Below are positions 38,177 to 47,241 of a stretch of DNA of 64,000 nucleotides, piece by piece. Position 1 is the first letter of the stretch; every line of letters starts with the position of its first letter. The stretch spans positions 13,336-77,335 of the IMG/VR virus record IMGVR_UViG_3300032050_000079; one strand, given 5' to 3'. The stretch is from a virus. The translations under genes were made by a program, and so were the position numbers. The notes under the pieces are model-generated. The model was not told where the DNA came from, did no database searches, and saw only the letters and a program-made list of their open reading frames with translations.

Positions 38177-38917
38177 TTAACTGTTTGGGGTAGAAGTTTG
38201 ATATAGGTCTATTATATTTATTTCCGTGTTATCATAATTTGGAGTAGCAAAATCAGATTTATGGTCCAAAATTGACTGCTCATAAGCCATATATCTTCTA
38301 ACGTCAATGGCAATTTTTTCGATAACATCCACAGATGTAGCGATCAGTTTTTCTGTAGTTAGCATGTATGTGACTGTTCTTTTAACAATATCTGTATTAT
38401 CCCTATTGATATCTGAGTCAGAAAGTCTTCTAGAATAGACCAACTCTGCAGCCCCTAGCCTTTTAAATACGGGAGTATGCTCCAACATAAAGTCTTCAAA
38501 TATCTCTATTAAAGTATCAGCTACTTGAGCTCCAGAATATCTTTTTTCAAGATCGCTTTTTGAGGTTCCTTGATCAGCTTTTGTTATTAAAGTAAAACTA
38601 ACAACATTTTGAAATCTTTGCCCAAACACCATAACATTTGGCGACCCTTGACTGTTTCGAGTTCTCGGTTTTGGTTCTGAACTATGTGTTTTTCTAATTT
38701 CAAGACCATAAACGATAACCGGATACTCAGCATATGTCCCACTTGCAGTGGGCTGTATTTTAATATCTGGGTAGGCATTTTCCCAAAGTGCTTTAACTAT
38801 TGCAATGAATTCTAGGTAGGTTAAATTACCAGATGCCTGGAGGGGTGCTCCAAACATTCTATCATTATTAATTTCGTTTACGCTTGGTACCGGAAATCTA
38901 AAAGCGTTTTGTGGCAT
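38177..38917 (-). CDS. Tail terminator/completion-like protein
   Basis: Position just before the sheath gene; YPVIVY...FGQRFQNVVSF pattern. Confidence 0.5.
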   Translation of the reverse strand: MPQNAFRFPVPSVNEINNDRMFGAPLQASGNLTYLEFIAIVKALWENAYPDIKIQPTASGTYAEYPVIVYGLEIRKTHSSEPKPRTRNSQGSPNVMVFGQRFQNVVSFTLITKADQGTSKSDLEKRYSGAQVADTLIEIFEDFMLEHTPVFKRLGAAELVYSRRLSDSDINRDNTDIVKRTVTYMLTTEKLIATSVDVIEKIAIDVRRYMAYEQSILDHKSDFATPNYDNTEINIIDLYQTSTPNS

Positions 38918-38918
38918 T

Positions 38919-40508
38919 TTAAGCTCCTCTGCCCGTTGCTACATTAAAAGATATTGACCTTAGTGTTCTAACAGAGGTTATAGAAATAGTAAGATACAAT
39001 TTTCCTTTTTCCAATTTGTCTGCATAGGCGTCAAAATTATAGTCTCTTATAATATCATTAATTTTTAACTGTTGCATAAAGCCGTCAACTGATCTTATTA
39101 GATGATCGTTGGCGAATTTACCTATTGCATTTTGTCCCATAGACTGGACTTCAGCTATTATCATGGCAACTAGCCTTACGTTAGACGAATCTGAATAATT
39201 TTCAGATATAGACTGAGTTAAATCTCCGCTAACCCTAACATCATAAAGCGCTCCCCTTCTTGCTCTATTTCCTGAAAATATTGTATTTACTTTTTTATTT
39301 GTTAATATGGCCATTTGTTCAGAATTAATTTCATTTCCAAATATAGAAAGGCACGGTTCTATTCTTTTTTTGGCCATTCCATAGTCAATTCTATTTGAAG
39401 AAAGTGACCCTGCATATGCTGCAGCCATAGAACCGACATAAGATCTTCTTATTTGTTTATGATTAAAAACAGACTCTCCATATATTAAGATAATATATTT
39501 TCCACTATCTTTTGTTATCTCACCAGATGATGTTATTGAAGAACCTATTTCAAAGTTTGCGTTGTTGATTTCTGTAATGTCATCTTGTCTTGATTGAGAG
39601 CTTCTTGAGCCAATAATTCCCACTTGCACTTCGCCAGTAGAGACCTGCATTTGGTGACAGTGGTCTGCTAATTGTTTTACAAAATTAACTCCACCACTTG
39701 AAATAAATGATGTTTCTAGTGGAACGATTATGTCTATAAATTCGTAATCAGAAAGTATCTCGTAGCAGAGAGAGAGTTTTGCTCCGTATAACTCATAGAA
39801 CGAGTAGATATTTGGTGTGGCGGCATCGTCTGCAAATATTTTTTCATTTCTTTTTGAAACATCTGCAACATACTCTGACATACTGCCACACGACATAATA
39901 TAAATGTCTCTACCGCCTGCGGCATAACAATCAAAGATTCCCCTAGTTAACGGAGAATCAAAGTCAGCTCTTAAAACATTAATTGCGTCTTGCATTGACG
40001 TTGGTCGATATATTTCAAACTCTTGAAGAGCGTCAGTGTGACCTATGAGAAGAATTGAATTGGTAGATAGATTATTTATTTCTACATATTTTGATCTATT
40101 CGATATTGATATGCTTTTATCGTTATATGAAAATTCTTCATCAATATTATTTGGGTTATTGCACTGTATATACGTTTCTTTAATTGATGTTGTTGCACTA
40201 GCTATAGTTGAAATTTGTATTGTATAATTTCCCTTATATAAACCTTGTGGCAGCATATACCTAAGTTTATATGAACCTTCGGAAACTCTTTCTATAGTTG
40301 CCGTTGTAGATATGTTTTGAATATATGTGGGGGTTGCTGCAGTGATGCCATCTATGTCATAAACGAGTGGTCCATCTATTACTGCTCCAGGAGTCCCAAT
40401 TCCTCTTTTTAGATATACAACTATATCTGCTGTTGGATCTACATACTGATATCCATCTTTATATGTAAACTGTATTTCTACGTACTCTTTTGGTTTTGCT
40501 ATTAACAT
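38919..40508 (-). CDS. Second sheath-like protein with an N-terminal Ig-like domain
   Basis: The C-terminal two-thirds parallel the sheath (ILLIG, RGIFDCYAAGGRDIYI, DIIVP, SNVRLV, LYLTISITSVRTLRSISF). The probable start is the ATG at 40508, just after the upstream TGA. Confidence 0.6.
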   Translation of the reverse strand: MLIAKPKEYVEIQFTYKDGYQYVDPTADIVVYLKRGIGTPGAVIDGPLVYDIDGITAATPTYIQNISTTATIERVSEGSYKLRYMLPQGLYKGNYTIQISTIASATTSIKETYIQCNNPNNIDEEFSYNDKSISISNRSKYVEINNLSTNSILLIGHTDALQEFEIYRPTSMQDAINVLRADFDSPLTRGIFDCYAAGGRDIYIMSCGSMSEYVADVSKRNEKIFADDAATPNIYSFYELYGAKLSLCYEILSDYEFIDIIVPLETSFISSGGVNFVKQLADHCHQMQVSTGEVQVGIIGSRSSQSRQDDITEINNANFEIGSSITSSGEITKDSGKYIILIYGESVFNHKQIRRSYVGSMAAAYAGSLSSNRIDYGMAKKRIEPCLSIFGNEINSEQMAILTNKKVNTIFSGNRARRGALYDVRVSGDLTQSISENYSDSSNVRLVAMIIAEVQSMGQNAIGKFANDHLIRSVDGFMQQLKINDIIRDYNFDAYADKLEKGKLYLTISITSVRTLRSISFNVATGRGA

Positions 40509-40509
40509 A

Positions 40510-40887
40510 TCAGCTTGGAACCTCTTTTGTTGCACCAACTATCCAATAGTTAATTTCGCCTCTTTTTCCCCTGACGCCATAACTGTCGTCTATCACATAA
40601 ATAATAGTATCTTCTAAAGAATTAAAAGATTGCTCATAAATGCGATCTCCAGGTTTTGGATTAACATTTGATTTAAAATAATAAACTAATTCAGAATTTG
40701 TTATAACTCCTTCTGGCACTTCTTCTTTAGCGTTTGATAACGCAAAACTTCTAGCGTATAAGGATCTAGTGGTATGCCTCTCTAGGACATCGTTATAAAC
40801 AAAATCATCTGACAATCTTCTTTGCAAGAATATATCATGTCCCCATTGTTTTAATATCTTTTCAAATATTTTTTTAGCATCAATCAT
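40510..40887 (-). CDS. Head-closure/neck protein
   Basis: 125 aa with YYFKSNVNPKPGDRIYE...RGKRGEINYW; neck position. Confidence 0.55.
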   Translation of the reverse strand: MIDAKKIFEKILKQWGHDIFLQRRLSDDFVYNDVLERHTTRSLYARSFALSNAKEEVPEGVITNSELVYYFKSNVNPKPGDRIYEQSFNSLEDTIIYVIDDSYGVRGKRGEINYWIVGATKEVPS

Positions 40888-41782
40888 ATTGTCTTAAGCC
40901 TCTGTCTGGCATTGGGTCATCTGGATCTGTTGGAGTTTTTCTTCCTGGGCCATATAATTCTTTATCAGACAAGTATATTAATTTTCCTGTTTGTGGATCT
41001 ACAGTTTTTCCAGAAGTAAAAGTTTTTTTGTTTGGAAGGTTCTTTGGCTGAACCCCTCTCATATAAACCTTTTTGGCTAAAATTTCTCTTCTTAAAGAAG
41101 CAGCTATTTGACACCATGTGGTTGCATTTGATCTGGTGGCAACATCCCTTGGTGCTGATCTATTTGTTATTTCTAGGTCTGCAAGCTTAAGACTCATTTC
41201 GTCGTCTCCCCCAAATCCATAAGTTCTACTAAGCTCACAGCAAACTGAAGCCTTAATATATTCTAGTACTGTAAATGGTAAATCTGGATTTGTATTTGAA
41301 TCTTGAATAGAATACATTTCTTTTACTTCGTTTGAGTAATTATAGACTAACTCTCCTATTTCTAAAAGTCCTGCTTCCGGAAATATTGATAATATTTCTT
41401 CTGGATCCAAATATAATGGATCAATGTCTGGGGCAAAAGATATTGTCTCATCAGATCTCAAAGTAATAGACGGCTTATATTCTTCGGTAATAGAACTAAC
41501 ATATAGTTGTTGACTAACCGTAATAGAAGTCGTATTTGCTAAGGTCCCAGTAAATTTAATTGTATATTCTCCAGCTGTTGCTGTAGAAAAATTATAATAA
41601 TATTCTGAGCTAGTAATTTGGGTTGCTGATGCTGATGCTATCTGCGTCCCATCTGAATCTAAAACAACAACAGAAACAGATACTGGGCTAACCTCTGTTT
41701 GTTCTAAGGTTATTGGGTCAGTGTCTACGAACTTTACCTTAATTCTAACAGTATCGTTAACTAAAACTTTGCTTATGGCCAT
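40880..41782 (-). CDS. Head-tail adaptor-like protein with an N-terminal Ig-like domain
   Basis: Ig-like N-terminal half (YYYNFS...AGEYTIKFTG); helical adaptor-like C-terminal half; position in the neck module. Confidence 0.5.
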   Translation of the reverse strand: MAISKVLVNDTVRIKVKFVDTDPITLEQTEVSPVSVSVVVLDSDGTQIASASATQITSSEYYYNFSTATAGEYTIKFTGTLANTTSITVSQQLYVSSITEEYKPSITLRSDETISFAPDIDPLYLDPEEILSIFPEAGLLEIGELVYNYSNEVKEMYSIQDSNTNPDLPFTVLEYIKASVCCELSRTYGFGGDDEMSLKLADLEITNRSAPRDVATRSNATTWCQIAASLRREILAKKVYMRGVQPKNLPNKKTFTSGKTVDPQTGKLIYLSDKELYGPGRKTPTDPDDPMPDRGLRQYD

Positions 41783-41797
41783 TTTGACTCCAGTTAT

Positions 41798-42088
41798 TTA
41801 AAATTGTAATAGCGTTATTTCTGCGGTGCCAGAACCAGAAGAGGTAACCGCTTCAACTAAGGCATTTGCCTGCGACTGAGTGGCCTGTATGGTGATTATG
41901 CCTTCTGGGTAGATATCGTAAGATAGTACTGCAACAGTTGTTGCATTAGAGTAATCCTGAGATGTGGTAATGGCAACGTTAACATTAGAAATGATTATAG
42001 GGTCTAATAAGCCCTCAACATTAATTATTATAGTACCAACATAGCTCAAGCCAGGTTGATCATAAGTAATGTTTTCGTTGTATAGCAT
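41798..42088 (-). CDS. Hypothetical virion protein
   Basis: 96-aa ORF with an RBS; starts the neck operon. Confidence 0.5.
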   Translation of the reverse strand: MLYNENITYDQPGLSYVGTIIINVEGLLDPIIISNVNVAITTSQDYSNATTVAVLSYDIYPEGIITIQATQSQANALVEAVTSSGSGTAEITLLQF

Positions 42089-42202
42089 TTGAATTATCCT
42101 GATCTTACACCTTTTTGAGGGCTATTTAACCATTTTATTGAATCCTTATCAAAATTGTCATTTTTTTCATAGAAAAAACTGCAAATAAATATGCCTACTA
42201 AC

Positions 42203-42210
42203 ACTAGTAA
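42203..42210 (-). promoter_or_regulatory. Candidate late-promoter motif TTACTAGT upstream of the neck module
   Basis: Intergenic copy of the shared motif. Confidence 0.45.
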
Positions 42211-42231
42211 CTGGTTTTGTTTCGTGTCTAC

Positions 42232-42480
42232 CTATTGCAAAAAATGTTTTAAAATAGAAAGACTTGCCAAGATAACCCAGGCAACATTAAAAAGAATAAT
42301 GGTTGGAAGCGTTTTTTCTGTTGATGACCATATCAGAGCTAAACTGGATATTATAGCAAATATATAAAGCCACCAAAACTGTTGACCTAAAAGTAGACCA
42401 GGGAAGATGATTGCAATTTTTGTTGCAAACCCCCAAGCCTCTACGGTATTGGCTTTTGTCCAATACGAGCCATGAGACAT
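42232..42480 (-). CDS. Small membrane protein (about three TM helices)
   Basis: Hydrophobic segments IAIIFPGLLLG, WWLYIFAIISSLALIW and IILFNVAWVILASL. The likely start is the ATG at 42480. Confidence 0.55.
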   Translation of the reverse strand: MSHGSYWTKANTVEAWGFATKIAIIFPGLLLGQQFWWLYIFAIISSLALIWSSTEKTLPTIILFNVAWVILASLSILKHFLQ

Positions 42481-42493
42481 TGTCTTAACAGCA

Positions 42494-42694
42494 TTAAGAA
42501 TCTTTATCACTTGCTTCTTCTCGTGCTTTCTTTTCCATTTGATCATAATGCCATAGCAGTATCATTGACTTGCCGCCAAGAAAATGTACTTTCCACAAAA
42601 ACTCCTTCCAATCCTCTTCGGTATTAGGAAAGTATTTATTGTCTGTTCTATTCCTATAATCATCTACTTTAAAACGATAGATATTGTCAGTCAT
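42494..42694 (-). CDS. Hypothetical protein
   Basis: 66-aa ORF with an ATGA overlap with the upstream gene. Confidence 0.55.
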   Translation of the reverse strand: MTDNIYRFKVDDYRNRTDNKYFPNTEEDWKEFLWKVHFLGGKSMILLWHYDQMEKKAREEASDKDS

Positions 42695-43467
42695 TTTTTT
42701 TTCTTTTCTAAGATTGAATCAATTAATCTTACAGCCTTTCTATAGGCTTGTCCAGTTCCAGATCTTGGTGCTATTCCACCAGTCATATACATGTTTGTTG
42801 ATGCGTACTTAAAAAATGATTCATCCATAAATTCAATTTCTGTTATATCTGAATTTCTCTTAAATGGAATTACCTGAACAAGTGGCGTTTGATACTTTAT
42901 AGAAAATTCTGAATTTGTTTTGACATTTAAAACAATATTTGCAACTTGATAAAAATCGGTATGAACAATAACTGGAAGTATTGAATAGTCTTCATTTTCC
43001 TCATAGTGAACCGGCAATATTAACGAAGACCATCCTGGAGCTGTTTGTATTCTCCAAGGTGTTATTAATTTTGGATAAGACATTTTTTCTATTTTTCTAA
43101 TATCTGTCATGGGACATTTACCCGTTTGATGAAAAGAAAAATTACCTGCCCACTCAAAACCAATTGGCGGATTCATATTGTCTGCAGATATTGCCCATAC
43201 ATTTTGTTCAATATTTGGAGTAAAATAAAAATTTGTCCATGCTGGTATTGTTACTCCAGCATTTAAAAAGTCTGATACTCCAGCACAAGACCTAATTGAC
43301 CCGTGTCCTTTATGTATTTGTCTAAACCATTTTGGTAAGGATTGTGAATTATTTACATATGGAGCGCTTGCCATAAACCTATTGTCAATTGGAGTGATTC
43401 TAATTGAGCCTGGTTTAACTTTTTTAATTTTTGATACATTTTTATTTTTTTTCATATTAAATACCAA
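42691..43467 (-). CDS. Conserved phage protein with a dUTPase-like beta fold (type often found next to 2OG-Fe(II) oxygenases)
   Basis: SIRSCAGVSD..AGVTIP, KLITPWRIQTAPGWS, IVHTD and TPLVQVIPFKR. Confidence 0.55.
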   Translation of the reverse strand: MVFNMKKNKNVSKIKKVKPGSIRITPIDNRFMASAPYVNNSQSLPKWFRQIHKGHGSIRSCAGVSDFLNAGVTIPAWTNFYFTPNIEQNVWAISADNMNPPIGFEWAGNFSFHQTGKCPMTDIRKIEKMSYPKLITPWRIQTAPGWSSLILPVHYEENEDYSILPVIVHTDFYQVANIVLNVKTNSEFSIKYQTPLVQVIPFKRNSDITEIEFMDESFFKYASTNMYMTGGIAPRSGTGQAYRKAVRLIDSILEKKKK

Positions 43468-44950
43468 AACTGCTATTAGATATATCGGCCTGCATTAGAG
43501 ATTCTCTATGATCTATCATTTCTCTACTATATCTTCTTAGTCTAACTTCATCTGCATTTTTTTCTACAATATTTCTTACACCCATATTTTCCATGGCTCG
43601 TGTTGATGCTTTAGGATTTATAAGATTCTGCCCTTGCATAACGTGAACGAAATGTCTAGACAAGAACATAAGATGACCATTATTGGGAACGTCATAATGT
43701 GATGGCACCTGTTCTGCCCAAAGGTCTATTAAATTTTGAAGACTATCTGGAATTGGAAGTGTTTTTACGTATCTCCAAAAATCAGTATCTTCTCTGTCAG
43801 ATATGTAATGAAGGCGAATCATATCTAGTATGTTTTCCATCATTTGCTTCATTTTTTTATTGTAGCTTTCTTGAATAGCAGAAGAATCTGCGGTATACGA
43901 TGCTAGACCATTTATCATCTGTTTGCATTGTATTATTGTGCTACCAATTGAAGTGGCTTCAAGAGGTTCTACGAATGAAGAAGAAAGACCTACGGAAATA
44001 CAATTTTTATACCACTGAACAGGAGAATATCCTGGATCAAAATTAAAATGTCTATATTTTTCTATTTTATAACCAGAAATTAATTCAGCTTCTTTTACTG
44101 CTTCTTCTTCAGAAATAAAATTAGAATTATATACATAACCATTCCCACGACGTTCGGTTGTAGGAATTTCCCACATCCATCCACAACTTGCAGCTCTTGC
44201 TCTAGTATATGGTTTTATCTGATTATTAGGATCTGATTCTGTTGGAAATGCTATCGCTGCATTAGTTGGTAGATACTTTGAAAAAGAAACCCAATCAGTA
44301 TTTCCCATAGATGTCATTAGTTTTTTTGCAAAGCCTGTTGCGTCAATCCAAATATCAGCTTTAATTTCAACTTTAGAACTTAAAGTGACTGAGTTAATAT
44401 AACCATTTTCATTGAGATTTATTGAGTCAACCTCGTCATCAATAAATCTAATCATTCTTTTAAAACAAAGTCCTACTAAATAATTATTTAACTCAAACGT
44501 ATCAAAATGAAACTGATTAGTGTTGTTGTGCATGTTTTCTTTAATCACTTGATTATGAACCAAGCCTAGATGACCTGTTTGTGAAGTTATTGGTTTGTCA
44601 TTTTCAAGAAAGCTCATATACTCGCCAATTAAACCAAATGCGTATATTTCCGGAATTGAACCAACGCTATGGAAATAGTCTGGTCTTTGATTGGTCCAGC
44701 CCTCAAATCTTATGCCATATTTATGTGTTGCATTAGTATTAGTTAAAAGATCCTCTACCCCTATACTGCACATGTCCATAAAGTCTCGCCAATGCTCAGT
44801 GCTACCTTCTCCAACACCAACAATTCCAACTTTACTGGACGATATATTTACTATGTCATCATTTGGAAAAGCGCGTCTTAACATTAGTGAAGCTATTAGC
44901 CCGGCAGTTCCAGAGCCCACTATGCCTATAGTTCTATTTTGTTGTTGCAT
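43457..44950 (-). CDS. Flavin-dependent halogenase (tryptophan halogenase PrnA/RebH family)
   Basis: GSGTAG FAD motif, VGVGEG, ATHKYGIRF (catalytic Lys), GWMWEIP (WxWxIP) and FVEPLEATSI. Confidence 0.9.
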   Translation of the reverse strand: MQQQNRTIGIVGSGTAGLIASLMLRRAFPNDDIVNISSSKVGIVGVGEGSTEHWRDFMDMCSIGVEDLLTNTNATHKYGIRFEGWTNQRPDYFHSVGSIPEIYAFGLIGEYMSFLENDKPITSQTGHLGLVHNQVIKENMHNNTNQFHFDTFELNNYLVGLCFKRMIRFIDDEVDSINLNENGYINSVTLSSKVEIKADIWIDATGFAKKLMTSMGNTDWVSFSKYLPTNAAIAFPTESDPNNQIKPYTRARAASCGWMWEIPTTERRGNGYVYNSNFISEEEAVKEAELISGYKIEKYRHFNFDPGYSPVQWYKNCISVGLSSSFVEPLEATSIGSTIIQCKQMINGLASYTADSSAIQESYNKKMKQMMENILDMIRLHYISDREDTDFWRYVKTLPIPDSLQNLIDLWAEQVPSHYDVPNNGHLMFLSRHFVHVMQGQNLINPKASTRAMENMGVRNIVEKNADEVRLRRYSREMIDHRESLMQADISNSSFGI

Positions 44951-46049
44951 CGTAGTATCTTTTTCCTTTTATTGCGTTTATAAAAGTTTGAGTGTCTTTT
45001 ATTTCTGGTAGGCCATTAGTAAAGAAATCAAGAGATTCAGATATCTGCTCTACAGTTACAGTATCTGGATCTATTTCTGGCATAGCTATGTAAACATATT
45101 TTAATAAGTAATTATCCATTTTCTTTTTTTCCTCATCCTTAATCCACTGGGGTATTTCAGGATGCAGAGAATGATTTAATCCTAAAGATGTTAGTGTTTC
45201 ATATCTTGATTGATCTTTTATTAATTGTTTAATTGAATTTGGTAAAAATCCTTTTTCAGAAAAGCCGTGCCTAGCATCTAGTTCGCCCCTAAAAAATCTT
45301 TCAACTGGCATTGTTGTTTCCAATTGTTCCAACTCTGAGATCATCGTTTCGTTTATTCCTGCTTGATCCAAAAGGTCTTTAGCGCCTCTTGCAATTTCTT
45401 CATCTGAAAGGCCGGATTGATAAGCTGCTTTCCATTCAGATAAAAGCTTAACCATTCCAGAAAATGTTTTAGAAACACCAACAACTATTGGCCAATTTCT
45501 CCATTTCATAGCAATAGGCCAAACTTCTTGTACAGTTACATATCCTACGCCGTTAATAGAATATATGACTCTAAAATCTTTTATATTACCAGCAATCATA
45601 GAATAGTCCATAGGCTGCTCACTGACTCCATCAGAAATATCATATACTCTTGGGCCATATTTGTCTATATCGCATCTATCATTTAATGCAACTAAGCCAG
45701 CAATCTCGCTGCTTTTTACATGAACTGGTTTAAGAAAACTAAAAAATTGATGAGGTTTTATATTGACACCATTTAATTCATTCATGTCTCTTTCGTAAAG
45801 ATTGAATTGAATTATATACTTTTCTCCAGTATCAGTTGTTGCTTCTAAGGAATAAGGATCTGATGCATTCGGTAAATCGTTAAATGCAATTATAGTACTT
45901 TCGCCTAGAGCATACGCTATGTAGTCAGTAAACTCTTCTATTCCATTTGGATGGACATACGTCAAAGCCACTGTCTCACATGCCGGAATGGCTGCATAAC
46001 AGGGGTTTGATTTAATTGCAAATTCATTTATTGATACTACTGAAACCAT
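44934..46049 (-). CDS. Hypothetical protein (371 aa)
   Basis: Long ORF overlapping both neighbours; no motif recognised. Confidence 0.6.
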   Translation of the reverse strand: MVSVVSINEFAIKSNPCYAAIPACETVALTYVHPNGIEEFTDYIAYALGESTIIAFNDLPNASDPYSLEATTDTGEKYIIQFNLYERDMNELNGVNIKPHQFFSFLKPVHVKSSEIAGLVALNDRCDIDKYGPRVYDISDGVSEQPMDYSMIAGNIKDFRVIYSINGVGYVTVQEVWPIAMKWRNWPIVVGVSKTFSGMVKLLSEWKAAYQSGLSDEEIARGAKDLLDQAGINETMISELEQLETTMPVERFFRGELDARHGFSEKGFLPNSIKQLIKDQSRYETLTSLGLNHSLHPEIPQWIKDEEKKKMDNYLLKYVYIAMPEIDPDTVTVEQISESLDFFTNGLPEIKDTQTFINAIKGKRYYDATTK

Positions 46050-46609
46050 GTTACTAAACTATACTTTGTGCCTATTTCTACTGGATGTGCTATATGTAGG
46101 TATGGAAAATTTGATGGAAAAACAACAGCTGTATTTTTTTCTGGTTTTATTTTTACATTAAAAAATGGAAATTCCAAATCTCCACCTTTTTCTACGTCAT
46201 CAAGGAATGCAACTAAACTAACTACTCTAGAGTTCATTGGTGAATGGTCATAGTGGTTATGATATTCTGCTCCAATAGAATACTTCAGTACCCTCCAACC
46301 CTCATTGGAAAGTGCTGGAATATTGTATTCGCTTCTATAGTCTTCTATTATATCAAACATTGGTGTTTGAATCTCGTTTTTAAACATTTGTGCTAAAGGT
46401 GTTTTTACTGTTTCTTTACCCAAAAAAGAGATATCACACTCAGAAGATGTTCTATATTTTTGAACTAATCCACCTCCTACGGCAGAGTGTTTCCAAGAAA
46501 TATCTCCCCAATCATTTCTACTTTCTAGTTCCAAGTGCTCCAAAAATAGAGAAGAGTCAAAAAAATCACTATAGACTGATACACAAGTCGCTAAATTTTT
46601 AACATTCAT
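46037..46609 (-). CDS. 2OG-Fe(II) oxygenase, prolyl 4-hydroxylase-like
   Basis: RTSS, VLKY..GAEYHNHYD (HxD), GGDLEF, FPSNFPYLH and GTKYSLVTWF. Confidence 0.9.
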   Translation of the reverse strand: MNVKNLATCVSVYSDFFDSSLFLEHLELESRNDWGDISWKHSAVGGGLVQKYRTSSECDISFLGKETVKTPLAQMFKNEIQTPMFDIIEDYRSEYNIPALSNEGWRVLKYSIGAEYHNHYDHSPMNSRVVSLVAFLDDVEKGGDLEFPFFNVKIKPEKNTAVVFPSNFPYLHIAHPVEIGTKYSLVTWFQ

Positions 46610-46998
46610 TATATAACTTCAACTTTTCCTTCATACAATATGATATCATCATTCTTAATAAGAAAGTCTATAATTCCACTATTAAGAAACCTCATTCTAA
46701 AATATGCTAAATGTTTTTCTTTTATTATAGGATAAATTTCTTTATTTAAACAAATTATTTTTAGATTATCTTTAAGTTCAATGAATTCATTTGTCATATC
46801 AAGTTTCCAAATATAATTTTTACGAACTTGTTTATAGTGTTCATATTTTTCTATTTGTGGAACTGATACGATCTTTGCATCCTTTACTGTTTCTGAAACA
46901 ACAATCTCTAAAAGCTCATTTTTTGCCATTTGCATAATGTGGTGAGGAATTGCGCCATCTATACATTTATCGCTTGGTACTGCTATATATCTTTTCAT
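46609..46998 (-). CDS. Hypothetical protein
   Basis: 129-aa ORF translationally coupled on both sides. Confidence 0.55.
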   Translation of the reverse strand: MKRYIAVPSDKCIDGAIPHHIMQMAKNELLEIVVSETVKDAKIVSVPQIEKYEHYKQVRKNYIWKLDMTNEFIELKDNLKIICLNKEIYPIIKEKHLAYFRMRFLNSGIIDFLIKNDDIILYEGKVEVI

Positions 46999-47228
46999 GA
47001 AAAATTAGAAAGTCTGTTTCTTAAATCTTGGATTAGAGAAATATAATGTGCTACTTTACCTATTGCTGTTTCCATATTAACTGGCTCCTGCCATGAATCT
47101 GGATCAAAGGTTTCAGCATCTATGCCTAAACCAACTAATATTCTGTACAGCTCACGTTCGTGCATTTCAATACTAAAATTTAATGCTTGTAATTTAGCTT
47201 CATTATTAAGTGAGTCAAAAAAGCCCAT
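46995..47228 (-). CDS. Hypothetical protein (possible fibre assembly chaperone)
   Basis: 77-aa helical ORF directly after the Gly-rich fibre gene. Confidence 0.5.
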   Translation of the reverse strand: MGFFDSLNNEAKLQALNFSIEMHERELYRILVGLGIDAETFDPDSWQEPVNMETAIGKVAHYISLIQDLRNRLSNFS

Positions 47229-47241
47229 AATATTTTACCTC

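Noticed and set aside
42089-42231. tRNA or structured ncRNA in the largest intergenic gaps (also 54580-54703)
   Set aside because: I could not recognise a cloverleaf or T-loop motif. Any frameshift-suppressor tRNA would have to lie outside this window.
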